Part shown: positions 33,695 through 42,858 of the stretch, one piece after another | Layout of the letters: every line of letters begins with the position of its first letter | Position numbering within the stretch: position 1 is the stretch's first letter | The notes under the pieces: model-generated | Told to the model about the DNA's origin: nothing | The model's input: only the letters and a program-made list of their open reading frames with translations | The model's database searches: none | Made by a program: the position numbers and the translations under genes | DNA from: Eubacteriaceae bacterium | Lineage (GTDB): Bacteria > Bacillota > Clostridia > Eubacteriales > Eubacteriaceae | Assembly (NCBI GenBank): GCA_028705955.1 | Contig: JAQWCN010000001.1 | Coordinates: forward strand, 5,247-56,491 | Direction of reading: 5' to 3' | Length of the DNA: 51,245 bases

Positions 33695-35068
33695 TTATTC
33701 TTCCAAAAGTTCCAGAGTGGGAACGGCCTTTTCGTTGACACCGGAACACACGATTCCCCCATCGGACTGGCGGGAATAGAAACCGGCCAGGCGGCCGCCA
33801 AATACGTAGAGACCGGTCATATTGATATAGGCTTTGAGCTGGGGATCCCGGCTCGAAAAATCAATATTGGTGCTGCGGTAGGGCTGGGTGTAGGCCTGGA
33901 TAATGTAGTGGTCGTCGGCACAATCTTCAAGAACAGCGGCCCATTCGTTCACACTCAGGTCGACGCCGGCGTGGACGCCATGGCAGGCGTAGGAATCCAC
34001 CGGTTTTACAATCCAGTCGTCCTTGGTTTCGACGGCAGAAAGGGTATTGATTTTTTCCCGGGTTAATTTATAGGTTGCCGGGAAATGCGTTGCGACAAAA
34101 TCATTTTCATGGGGGGTTAGAAAAGCTTTGGTGGCGTCGTCGTGAATTACGGCGAACAGCCATTTATTATGAATGATTTGAGTGCTCATGGGGCCAAACA
34201 GGATAACAGCCTGGTCTTTAACGGCCTGGATGAAGTCGGGGACTTCGGCATAATGGGTCATGATATCACTGGTGACGGCCCGGCGGTAGATAATCTGAAT
34301 CGGTGTGCCGTCTTCGGTCTGCAAAGAGCCATTGATATATTTGAGACTGCGGATATCGGCGATGACAGTGGGAATGCCTTTCTTTTCGAAGTGGCGTTTG
34401 AATTCTTTGAATTCTTCGAGGGAATCCTGCTTGGAAGGGGTGTCATCGATAAAATCGACGATGGCTACGGTCGGGGATTCCGGCTGCCCGGGGATTTCCC
34501 GGTACAGGCGCATCATCCGGTCAATCCAGGTGTCAAAAAGTTTGAAGGTCTTAAAGGTGTGGTACTTTTTGAGTTTCCGGGTGGCCAGATTGTAGCTCAG
34601 CGCATTTTCCAGTTCCCGGACTTCATTCATGGCGCTGGTGCCGTCCGTGTTGATTTCGCAGAATTTAAAATCGTGGGAGACTTCATCGTAGAAGATATCG
34701 TACCGGGCCATGGGCAGGGCACAGGAAAACAACGTGGGCAGACAGATCAGTTCTTCCAGTTCCGGGGAAAAGGGGAAAAGTTTGCGGTAGTCGGCATGGG
34801 TCTGGTAATGAAAAATAATTTTGTCAAAAATGGTCGTGGTGATGGTGACCAGGTTTTTAAAGATCGCCAGGTCTTCCGGCGTGAATACCTTGGGAAAATA
34901 CAAGGTGTTCAGGTGTCTGCCGTCGTGGCAAAAAGTTGTGCCGTCAAGGTAATGGGTCATTTTGATGCCGGCCTGTTGATGAGCATCAAAATGGCTTTGA
35001 ATCATATTCTGACAGCTTTCGTTTAATTCTTTCATGGTAGTGGTTTCCTTCTTTATTATATACTTCAT
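33695..35068 (-). CDS. Glutathionylspermidine-synthase-like / circularly permuted ATP-grasp family protein
   Basis: The motif ARYDIFYDEVSHDFKFCEINTDGTSAMNE resembles the RfDf...llEyNaDtP signature. The length of about 450 aa fits. The start may instead be the internal MKELNES (nt 35035). Confidence 0.5.
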   Translation of the reverse strand: MKYIIKKETTTMKELNESCQNMIQSHFDAHQQAGIKMTHYLDGTTFCHDGRHLNTLYFPKVFTPEDLAIFKNLVTITTTIFDKIIFHYQTHADYRKLFPFSPELEELICLPTLFSCALPMARYDIFYDEVSHDFKFCEINTDGTSAMNEVRELENALSYNLATRKLKKYHTFKTFKLFDTWIDRMMRLYREIPGQPESPTVAIVDFIDDTPSKQDSLEEFKEFKRHFEKKGIPTVIADIRSLKYINGSLQTEDGTPIQIIYRRAVTSDIMTHYAEVPDFIQAVKDQAVILFGPMSTQIIHNKWLFAVIHDDATKAFLTPHENDFVATHFPATYKLTREKINTLSAVETKDDWIVKPVDSYACHGVHAGVDLSVNEWAAVLEDCADDHYIIQAYTQPYRSTNIDFSSRDPQLKAYINMTGLYVFGGRLAGFYSRQSDGGIVCSGVNEKAVPTLELLEE

Positions 35069-35201
35069 TGCTATTATAACGCAAAGTGTCTGTAAGGAAA
35101 AGTTGGTGGCCGGTTTTTCTTATGGTATAATGGTGAGAATTCAGTCAATATTAAACAATTCGGGTTAGGGAGTAACCGGATTAAAACAAGAGGGGGGTCC
35201 C

Positions 35202-36599
35202 ATGGGCTTCAAAATAAAACAAGAAAAACCGGAAGTTGATTCCGTCCAGGGCAGTCAATTTCTCGAGACGGAACCGGTTCGGCCGCTGGTGATTCGTTTG
35301 GCGCTGCCGGCGGTAGCCGCTCAGGTGATCAACATGCTTTACAATATTGTGGACAGAATTTATATCGGTCATATTCCAGGGGTTGGCGCTTTGGCCCTGA
35401 CCGGGGTGGGGGTTTGCCTGCCGGTTATTTTGGTTGTTTCGGCCTTTGCCTGTTTGGTCGCGATGGGGGGAGCACCCCAGGCCTCCATCGCCATGGGAAA
35501 GGGACAGCATGATCAGGCGGAAAAGATTATGGGCCACTGTCTGGTTTTGCTGATTCTGATCGCCGTAGCGCTCACGGCAGTGCTGCTCATTTTTGGCCAG
35601 GGTCTGCTGCTTAATTTTGGCGCCAGTGCCAATACGATCGATTATGCCATTGCCTATCTTAATGTTTACGCCATCGGCACCATCTTTGTGCAATTGACGC
35701 TGGGGATGAACGCGTTTATTACGGCGCAGGGGTTTGCCAAAACAGGAATGATCACGGTGGCCATTGGAGCGGTGTGCAACATTGTTCTGGATCCCATTTT
35801 CATTTTTGGATTTGGAATGGGGGTTCGGGGGGCCGCGCTGGCAACCATTATTTCCCAGGCCGTATCTTGTGTTTGGGTGCTGCGCTTTTTAAGAAGCCCC
35901 CAGTCGACGCTGCGCATCAAAAAAAAGGCGATGGGTCTTTCCAGAGAGGTGCTGCTGCCCTGTGTGGCACTGGGAGTAGCCCCGTTTATTATGCAGTCCA
36001 GTGAAAGTGTGATCTCCGTTTGTTTTAATGCGTCACTGCTACGTTACGGCGGGGACATCGCCGTGGGGGCGATGACGATTTTAACCAGTGTTATGCAGTT
36101 TGCCATGTTGCCGCTTCAGGGTCTGGGTCAGGGAGCCCAGCCGGTGGTCAGTTACAATTTTGGGGCAAAAAATAAAGACCGGGTTATTGCGGCCTTCGTG
36201 GTGCTGCTTAAAACAAGTCTTGCTTATTCCCTTGTGTTGTGGGTGCTGGTTATGCTGTTTCCCGGTAGTTTTGCAGCAATTTTTACAACGGATACGGCGC
36301 TTCAATCCTTCACAGCCTGGGCGCTGCGTATCTACGCAGCAGGAATGGGAATCTTCGGGATTCAAATCGCCTGTCAGATGACCTTTATCGCCCTGGGCAA
36401 TGCCAAAGCCTCGGTATTGGTGGCGGTCATGAGAAAGTTTGTGCTGCTCATCCCCCTGATTTACTTTTTGCCGGCGTTGATGGCCAATCAGACACTGGCC
36501 GTTTATCTGGCGGAGCCGGCAGCTGATATTTTGGCCGTGACCTTTACCGCGATTCTCTTTGTCTTTCAATTTAAGAAAGCGATGCGTCAACTGGATTGA
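35202..36599 (+). CDS. MATE-family efflux transporter
   Basis: The protein has 12 predicted TMs and a typical N-terminus (LALPAVAAQVINMLYNIVDRIYIGH...GVGALALTGVGV). The second half shows the internal repeat. Confidence 0.9.
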   Translation: MGFKIKQEKPEVDSVQGSQFLETEPVRPLVIRLALPAVAAQVINMLYNIVDRIYIGHIPGVGALALTGVGVCLPVILVVSAFACLVAMGGAPQASIAMGKGQHDQAEKIMGHCLVLLILIAVALTAVLLIFGQGLLLNFGASANTIDYAIAYLNVYAIGTIFVQLTLGMNAFITAQGFAKTGMITVAIGAVCNIVLDPIFIFGFGMGVRGAALATIISQAVSCVWVLRFLRSPQSTLRIKKKAMGLSREVLLPCVALGVAPFIMQSSESVISVCFNASLLRYGGDIAVGAMTILTSVMQFAMLPLQGLGQGAQPVVSYNFGAKNKDRVIAAFVVLLKTSLAYSLVLWVLVMLFPGSFAAIFTTDTALQSFTAWALRIYAAGMGIFGIQIACQMTFIALGNAKASVLVAVMRKFVLLIPLIYFLPALMANQTLAVYLAEPAADILAVTFTAILFVFQFKKAMRQLD

Positions 36600-37150
36600 C
36601 GGTTTGAATCAGAGGATTTGCGCCGGGTGTAACCCTCCCCGGTGACGGCAAAACAGTCGTTGTCCCGGATCTGACCGTCGTAACAGAGTTCGCATTGGGA
36701 GAGGCGGCCTTCCCAGTGAAAACCGCTTTTGCGCAGGACGGCCTTGGAGCGGTTGTTTTCCGGATAACAATAAGCGGAAACCAGGGTGATGCCCTGGCTA
36801 GAAAAACAGGCACGCAGCAGGGCAGAAACGGCTTCGGTCATGAGGCCGTGGCCCCAGTAATCCTGATTCATGGCGTAACCCATCATCCGGGCGTTTTGGT
36901 TTTGCCGCTTGGGATCCGGAACCAGGCCGATGGTCCCGATGACTTTGTTGGCACCGGCGTAGACAATGGCCAGTACCGCATCGTTACCGAGCAGTACCCC
37001 GTCGATTAAATCCTGGGTCTCCTGCCGGGTGGTGTGGGGCTTCCAGCCGGCATTGCGTCCCACATCGGCTTGACTGGAATATTCAAAAAGATCGTCGAGA
37101 TCCCCGGCATTGACCGGACGTAAAATCAGACGTTGGGTATGGATGATCAT
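36587..37150 (-). CDS. GNAT-family N-acetyltransferase (RimJ/RimL-like)
   Basis: The sequence reads MIIHTQRLILRPVNAGDLDDLFEY...IGTIGL...GYAMNQDYWGHGLMTEAV. The start is placed at nt 37150, which has SD AAAGGAG. The 3' end overlaps the convergent MATE gene by 13 nt. Confidence 0.85.
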   Translation of the reverse strand: MIIHTQRLILRPVNAGDLDDLFEYSSQADVGRNAGWKPHTTRQETQDLIDGVLLGNDAVLAIVYAGANKVIGTIGLVPDPKRQNQNARMMGYAMNQDYWGHGLMTEAVSALLRACFSSQGITLVSAYCYPENNRSKAVLRKSGFHWEGRLSQCELCYDGQIRDNDCFAVTGEGYTRRKSSDSNRQSS

Positions 37151-37189
37151 GGTGACTCCTTTACAGTGAACGGGTGTCTCATAACAATA

Positions 37190-37246
37190 AAACAGTCTGC
37201 GGCCCCAGAGACATCTTTGTGTCCCTGGCATGGCAGCAGACTGTTT
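37190..37246 (-). terminator. Compound hairpin terminator after glyA
   Basis: The outer stem AAACAGTCTGC / GCAGACTGTTT is 11 bp and encloses an inner hairpin. On the minus strand it is followed by TATTGTTAT. Confidence 0.6.
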
Positions 37247-37259
37247 ATTTATGTTTCGG

Positions 37260-38498
37260 TTAGATCATATCCGGATAGAGGGGATATTTATCGGTCAGGG
37301 ATTTTACTTTTGACCGGGCCAGATCCAAATCGTGGTTAATCAGTGCCGCTTCAAAAGCGTCGGCAATAACTTGCATATCCGCTTCGATCAGTCCGCGGGT
37401 GGTCACGGCCGGCGTTCCGACACGGACACCGCTGGCGATCGCCGGTTTCTGAGGATCAAAGGGAATGGTGTTTTTATTGGCGGTGATGTTGACCGAACCC
37501 AGGGTGTCATCGGCATCCCGGCCAGTCATTCCGACAGCGCTCACGTCGACGAGCATCAGATGGTTGTCGGTGCCTCCGGAAACGATCCGGAATCCTTTAT
37601 CGGACAAAGCATCGGATAAAACGGTGGCATTTTTGACAATCTGGTGCTGATAGGCTTTAAAATCATCGCCCATGGCTTCTTTTAAAGCGACAGCTTTGGC
37701 TGCGATGGTATGCATCAGCGGACCGCCCTGGGTGCCTGGGAAAATTGCTTTATCGATGGCTTTTCCAAATTCTTCCTTGCATAAGATTAAACCGCCCCGG
37801 GGACCACGCAGGGTTTTATGAGTGGTTGTGGTGACGATGTCGGCGTAAGGCACCGGGGAAGGGTGAACGCCTGCAGCGACCAGACCGGCGATGTGCGCCA
37901 TGTCCACCATCAGCAGGGTGCCGTTTTCGTGGCATATTTTGGCAATGCGTTCAAAGTCGATGATCCGGGGGTAAGCCGAAGCACCAGCCACCAAGAGCTT
38001 GGGTTTGTTTTCGACAACCAGTTTTTCCATGGCGTCGTAATCCAGCCGTTCGGTTTTGGGATCGACACCGTAGGGGATAAAATGATAATATTTCCCCGAC
38101 AGGTTGACCTTTGATCCGTGAGTCAGGTGGCCGCCCTGGTCCAGGGACATCCCCATGACGGTATCCCCGGGTTTCAGCAGGGCAAAATACACCGCAGTGT
38201 TGGCCTGGGCACCGGAATGGGGCTGAACATTGGCGTGTTCTGCGCCGAAAAGGGTACAGGCTCTTTCGATGCATAAGGATTCAATCTGGTCGACAAATTC
38301 GCAGCCGCCGTAATAACGGGCGCCTGGAAGCCCCTCAGCATATTTGTTGGTCAGATGGCTGCCCATGCAGTCCAAAACCGCTTCGGATACAAAGTTTTCT
38401 GAAGCGATCAGTTCCAGATGACTTTGCTGACGGTGCAGTTCTTTCACCATCATTTCATAAAGGGCCGGGTCCTCATTTTTTACATGTTGGTATCTCAT
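37260..38498 (-). CDS. glyA: Serine hydroxymethyltransferase
   Basis: The sequence reads ...[15 protein letters not shown]...[15 protein letters not shown]...[14 protein letters not shown]. The start is placed at MRYQHVK (nt 38498), which has SD GGAGGAA. Confidence 0.95.
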   Translation of the reverse strand: MRYQHVKNEDPALYEMMVKELHRQQSHLELIASENFVSEAVLDCMGSHLTNKYAEGLPGARYYGGCEFVDQIESLCIERACTLFGAEHANVQPHSGAQANTAVYFALLKPGDTVMGMSLDQGGHLTHGSKVNLSGKYYHFIPYGVDPKTERLDYDAMEKLVVENKPKLLVAGASAYPRIIDFERIAKICHENGTLLMVDMAHIAGLVAAGVHPSPVPYADIVTTTTHKTLRGPRGGLILCKEEFGKAIDKAIFPGTQGGPLMHTIAAKAVALKEAMGDDFKAYQHQIVKNATVLSDALSDKGFRIVSGGTDNHLMLVDVSAVGMTGRDADDTLGSVNITANKNTIPFDPQKPAIASGVRVGTPAVTTRGLIEADMQVIADAFEAALINHDLDLARSKVKSLTDKYPLYPDMI

Positions 38499-38728
38499 TA
38501 TTCCTCCACAGAAAATTAGAATCATATATTTTCAAACAAGTGACCGTAACAGCGAAAGAAACGCGTCCGATTCTTTTGGGTTATGGAAAACACTTGTTTG
38601 TATATAACATACAATATAGAATATTTTATCATTATTTGAAAAATATTCAACCAAAAGCGACCTTTAAACTTAAAATACTTTTGAACAGTACAGTGGACTA
38701 ACCACAAAACGCAGAAGACGGCAATGGT

Positions 38729-38767
38729 AAAAAAAGACGCCGTCACAGAACGAGGTTGTGATGGCGT
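38729..38767 (-). terminator. Intrinsic terminator after the Lys/Ala-rich protein gene
   Basis: The minus strand reads ACGCCATCACA-acctcgttc-TGTGACGGCGT followed by CTTTTTTT. Confidence 0.7.
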
Positions 38768-38789
38768 TTGTCAAAATGATTTACATCGC

Positions 38790-39224
38790 TTAGAGTGCAA
38801 ATTTGCCGTTCACGTCATTATTAATGACGTAATAAGCCATGGATTCGTCCGCATTGACATAAACTTTAATTTCTTTAAGATCCCTGACCAGTTTTCCCAT
38901 TTCCTTGGTCCAAATTTCTTTAACCCGTTCGGTCAGATCGGTGGAAGTGATTTCGATGCCGGAGAATTGAATGAACACTTCACTTTTGTAATTGCTGCGT
39001 TTTGAAGCGGTCTTCTTTGCAACGGGTTTTTTGGCAGCGGGTTTGGCAGCAGTCTTTTTAACAGCAGCTTTGGGTTCCGCTTTCTTTTCAGCCTTTTGAG
39101 CCGATGCTTTTGGGGATTTGGCCGCTTGACTTTCCGTTGTTTTCGCAGACGCCGCAGTCACCGTCTTAACAGACGAAGCTGTATGATTGGTGAGGACTGA
39201 TTTTTTAGAAACTTTTCTTGCCAT
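38790..39224 (-). CDS. Histone-H1-like Lys/Ala/Pro-rich protein with a conserved-looking C-terminal domain of about 65 aa
   Basis: The N-terminus reads AKSPKASAQKAEKKAEPKAAVKKTAAKPAAKKPVAKKTASK. The C-terminus reads SEVFIQFSGIEITSTDLTERVKEIWTKEMGK...KVYVNADESMAYYVINNDVNGKFAL. SD AGGAGG lies upstream. Confidence 0.6.
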   Translation of the reverse strand: MARKVSKKSVLTNHTASSVKTVTAASAKTTESQAAKSPKASAQKAEKKAEPKAAVKKTAAKPAAKKPVAKKTASKRSNYKSEVFIQFSGIEITSTDLTERVKEIWTKEMGKLVRDLKEIKVYVNADESMAYYVINNDVNGKFAL

Positions 39225-39500
39225 GATTATTTACCTCCTGTGAGCCAATCCAGATTATGATGACGCGGTTGAAAGCGGGGCGCAACTGGAAAGAACTCTA
39301 TTAAAATTTCACACTGTGTAAAATTTATCATAAATGAAAATGAATGTAAATACTTATTTGTAAAGTTAATTATTTAACGTATTACGATAAGTTTTTTTGA
39401 GTTGAGAAAGACAGGCCGGCCAATTCCTGTTAAAACCGGTGGGACTTTGACGATGCATATGATATAATCGGGTCAAGACAAAGCAAATGGAGGAGAAATC

Positions 39501-40682
39501 ATGGATAAACCCGGCGATGATATGGCGGCATTGATCGCTGAAAGCAATACGTTTTTTAATAAGATCAACAGCGAAAATGCAATCAAGGGAAAGCCAGTGG
39601 ACAATCTGTCCGGCATTCTTCATAAAACCAGGGTCAAGAATCTCCGCGATATGGCGTTGTTTAGAGACATTAAGGGTGCGTCCCATTATAAAAAAGCGGA
39701 ATTAATTGAAAAACTGGAGCCCCAGATTTTGGATCCGAAACGGATGAAAGAATTTTTAATGTTTACAGATCCTGAAGTTTTAACATTTTTTATCGGGGCG
39801 ATGCAGACCGCTGTTTTCGAGCCGGAATATTGTACACCGGATCTTTATATGGAGTTGTGTCTGTTGGGATACATCGGAATGTTTGCGGCCGGGGATAACC
39901 GGTTTACCTTTGTGGTCCCTTTTGAAATTCGCAATCTGGCAGAAGCAACCTTGACGGAGACCTTCGGCGTTTTTAGAAAACAGGTGCTGATAGTGGATCG
40001 TATTGCCCGGATAGCCGTTCATCTGTATGGGGTGGTCACCTTAAAAGAAATTCAAATGCTGGTCAACCATTATTTTCCGGGCGAAGTGACGTTTGATCTG
40101 ATCAAGCCGATCCTGGACGGTTTGGCACCCCGGCGCTGGCAGTACGAGATCAACGAAAAATACATTTTGAATCCTTTTTTCTTTGAAGAGCAGGAAGAAG
40201 GCTGTGAAGAAGAACAGGAATTTTACTATGCGGAGGCGGAGCGTCATTTGCGGTATATGCCGGATAAACGCAATTTTTTGAAATACGAAAGCAGTGCGTA
40301 TCACGAAAATACAGAGGAAATCAGTCAGCTGGAAGATTATATGGCAGCGGTGGGCTGTACGGATGCAGTCAGCACCTGTCTGGCGTCAGACGTTGCAGAT
40401 TTGTGCCGCAGCGGGGGAAGTTTTCCTGATATTATGGAGGCGCTTTGCGGCGAACTGGAACAGTATAACCCGGATATCGATCCGGATGAATTGGCCAGCT
40501 ATGTAGCCCGGGTTAACAATACCACCCGGATGTGGCTTAATAACGGGTTTACCCCGGATGAGCTGGTGGATCAAAAACGCCCGCCATTATCGGTGATTAA
40601 CGGGGATGCCTCTTGCAAAACGGGGGCGGCCCCCACCGGAAAACGGCCCCGGCTGTATTTGCTGAAAAATGATCAGGAATAA
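39501..40682 (+). CDS. Hypothetical protein with Rho-N/SAP-like helix-extended-helix motif
   Basis: The motif TRVKNLRDMALFRDIKGASHYKKAELIEKL resembles Rho_N/SAP. I recognise no family in the rest. SD GGAGGAG lies upstream. Confidence 0.55.
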   Translation: MDKPGDDMAALIAESNTFFNKINSENAIKGKPVDNLSGILHKTRVKNLRDMALFRDIKGASHYKKAELIEKLEPQILDPKRMKEFLMFTDPEVLTFFIGAMQTAVFEPEYCTPDLYMELCLLGYIGMFAAGDNRFTFVVPFEIRNLAEATLTETFGVFRKQVLIVDRIARIAVHLYGVVTLKEIQMLVNHYFPGEVTFDLIKPILDGLAPRRWQYEINEKYILNPFFFEEQEEGCEEEQEFYYAEAERHLRYMPDKRNFLKYESSAYHENTEEISQLEDYMAAVGCTDAVSTCLASDVADLCRSGGSFPDIMEALCGELEQYNPDIDPDELASYVARVNNTTRMWLNNGFTPDELVDQKRPPLSVINGDASCKTGAAPTGKRPRLYLLKNDQE

Positions 40683-40692
40683 TCAAAGAGAG

Positions 40693-40739
40693 AAAAAAAC
40701 ACCGGTTAAAAGCCCAGCGCTTTTAACCGGTGTTTTTTT
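40693..40739. terminator. Bidirectional intrinsic terminator
   Basis: CACCGGTTAAAAGC-ccagc-GCTTTTAACCGGTG hairpin with a 14-bp stem, flanked by A7 upstream and T7 downstream. Confidence 0.85.
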
Positions 40740-42093
40740 AACGATCTTTTAAATGGCGGTAAGGCCGGGGTTCCATCACACTTTGATAAGCCGGGCGGAT
40801 GATTTTATCGGCGTTCACCAATTCTTCAATCCGGTGGGCGCTCCAGCCGACGATACGGGCGATGGCAAAAATAGGCGTGTATAATTCCAGCGGAATATCC
40901 AGCATGCTGTACACAAAACCGCTGTAAAAGTCGACGTTGGCACTTACCCCTTTAAAGATATGCCGTTCCCCGGAAATAATCTGTGGAGCCAGTTGTTCCA
41001 CCATGGCATAGAGGGCAAAATCGTCGCCCCGGTCTTTTTCCGAGGCCAGTTTTTTAACAAAACGCTTAAAAACCCGGGCCCGGGGATCCGACAGGGAATA
41101 AACCGCATGCCCCATGCCGTAAATCAGGCCCTTGTGGTCAAAGGCTTCGCCGGCCAGGCATTTTTCAAGATAATCGGCAACAGCTTCTTCATCGGTGGGG
41201 TCGGAAACGTTGGCCTTGAGATCCTGCATCATTTCGACGACTTTAATATTGGCACCACCGTGTTTAGGCCCTTTGAGGGATGAAAGTGCGGCCGCCACAA
41301 CCGAATAGGTATCGGAACCGGAAGAAGTCACAACCCGGGTGGTAAAGGTCGAGTTATTCCCGCCGCCGTGTTCCATGTGGAGAACCAGGGCGATGTCCAG
41401 AACCCGGGCTTCCAGATCTGTGTATTTTTTATCCGGACGCAGCATGAGCAGAATATTTTCCGCCGTGGACAGATGGGGATCGGGCCGGTGAATGTACAAA
41501 CTGTCGTCGTTAATATAATGATTGTAGGCCTGATAACCATAAACGGCCAGCATCGGGAACTCACTGATCAAAGCCATGCACTGGCGCAGCACGTTGCTGA
41601 GTTCCGGATTGGAGATCTGGTCGTCGTAGGAAGCCAGGGTCAGAACACTGCGGGTGATGGAATTCATCAAATCTTTGCTGGGGGCTTTCATAATGACATC
41701 CCGGGTAAAATTGGTGGGAAGGGTCCGGGCCGCGACCAGCATGCTGTTAAAGCGCCGGATCTGTTCCAGATTGGGCAGTTCACCAAAAAGAAGGAGATAA
41801 GCCACTTCTTCGTAGCCGTAGCGCTTGTCCTGAAAACCCTTGACCAAATCGATCACATTGTATCCGCGATACCAGAGTTGACCGTCACAGGGCACCTTCT
41901 TGCCATCTACCATTTTAAAAGCATCAATCCGGGAGACATTGGTCAGCCCGGCCAAAACGCCTTTGCCGTTCTGATCACGCAGACCGCGGTTGACACCGTA
42001 TTCCTTGAACAGCGTGGGGTCGATACGGTCCTTTGTTGTACAGATGTTTCCATATTCTTTGGTAAATTTGTCAAGTGGATATGATTCGATCAT
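40738..42093 (-). CDS. Citrate synthase
   Basis: Citrate synthase family blocks are present: LVLHMEHGGGNNSTF, LKGPKHGGANIKV, GMGHAVY and ARIVGWSAHRIEE. Confidence 0.9.
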   Translation of the reverse strand: MIESYPLDKFTKEYGNICTTKDRIDPTLFKEYGVNRGLRDQNGKGVLAGLTNVSRIDAFKMVDGKKVPCDGQLWYRGYNVIDLVKGFQDKRYGYEEVAYLLLFGELPNLEQIRRFNSMLVAARTLPTNFTRDVIMKAPSKDLMNSITRSVLTLASYDDQISNPELSNVLRQCMALISEFPMLAVYGYQAYNHYINDDSLYIHRPDPHLSTAENILLMLRPDKKYTDLEARVLDIALVLHMEHGGGNNSTFTTRVVTSSGSDTYSVVAAALSSLKGPKHGGANIKVVEMMQDLKANVSDPTDEEAVADYLEKCLAGEAFDHKGLIYGMGHAVYSLSDPRARVFKRFVKKLASEKDRGDDFALYAMVEQLAPQIISGERHIFKGVSANVDFYSGFVYSMLDIPLELYTPIFAIARIVGWSAHRIEELVNADKIIRPAYQSVMEPRPYRHLKDR

Positions 42094-42225
42094 GATTGTT
42101 TCCTCCTAAATATCCGGAGTCCCCGGTTGAGGGAATTCCTGATTCGGGTATGATACCGGGGATCGTGACGGTAAAACACCAATGCCGGCCGTAAAAGGAC
42201 CGGGCTTTAAGTAAAATATAATAAG

Positions 42226-42239
42226 GTTCATTAGTGAAC
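42226..42239. promoter_or_regulatory. Palindromic box GTTCATTAGTGAAC upstream of citrate synthase (candidate MarR operator)
   Basis: A perfect 5-4-5 palindrome lies 133 nt upstream of the citrate synthase ATG. On the minus strand it is followed almost immediately by TATTAT. A copy matching 13 of 14 positions lies at 42759-42772. Confidence 0.5.
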
Positions 42240-42253
42240 GATATGTCTAAAAA

Positions 42254-42751
42254 TTAATTTCCTTTGACAGAGGCTGATTTTTCCGGATCGTGTCCGGCGT
42301 CTTTTGGATAATGACAAGCGTCATTCATATTGGAAAGAATTTTACGGATAACCCCTCCGATAATTGATTTTTCGGATTCGGTAATCCCGGAAAATAGAAT
42401 TTCCTGAAGATGTTTGTGGGCAAGATAGTAAGCTTCGAGAACAGGTTTGGCCTCCGGTGTGATTTGAATGTGAAAACACCGGTGATCCGATTCGTCCTCA
42501 GTAAGTGAAATGTACCCGTATTTCTTTAAATTGTTGACCGATTTGGAAACGTGGGCCTTGGACAGATAGCGCCAGTCCATAATGTCTTTTGCGGTATCCC
42601 GGGATCCAGCTTTGGCGATGAAGTTTAAAATATCGAGTTCTACCTTACGCAGATGGTAACGCGCCATGATATCCCGGTATTGGGCATCCGCAATTTTTTT
42701 AAAGAGTTGACCTGTCAGAAGATTTTCAAATTCATTGTACATTATTATCAT
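42254..42751 (-). CDS. MarR-family transcriptional regulator
   Basis: The winged-helix region reads LRKVELDILNFIAKAGSRDTAKDIMDWRYLSKAHVSKSVNNLKKYGYISLTEDESDHR. Confidence 0.8.
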   Translation of the reverse strand: MIIMYNEFENLLTGQLFKKIADAQYRDIMARYHLRKVELDILNFIAKAGSRDTAKDIMDWRYLSKAHVSKSVNNLKKYGYISLTEDESDHRCFHIQITPEAKPVLEAYYLAHKHLQEILFSGITESEKSIIGGVIRKILSNMNDACHYPKDAGHDPEKSASVKGN

Positions 42752-42758
42752 CGCCTTT

Positions 42759-42772
42759 GTTCGTTAGTGAAC
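42759..42772. promoter_or_regulatory. Box GTTCGTTAGTGAAC in the marR leader (candidate autoregulatory operator)
   Basis: It matches the 42226 box at 13 of 14 positions and lies 8 nt upstream of the marR ATG region. Confidence 0.5.
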
Positions 42773-42794
42773 TAATGATAATATTATTGTATAG

Positions 42795-42830
42795 CAAAAA
42801 CGGACACCTGTCAATCAAAAGGTGTCCGCT
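42795..42830 (-). terminator. Intrinsic terminator after the uracil permease gene
   Basis: The minus strand reads CGGACACC-ttttgattgaca-GGTGTCCG followed by TTTTTGC. Confidence 0.7.
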
Positions 42831-42858
42831 TAAGCGTTTTATAAGTTTTAGGTAGCTG

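Noticed and set aside
35069-35201. Possible guanidine/ykkC-type riboswitch upstream of the MATE transporter
   Set aside because: The leader after the TGgTATAAT promoter is only about 75 nt long. It has one small GGTTA/TAACC hairpin and no ACGR loops or ykkC consensus blocks.
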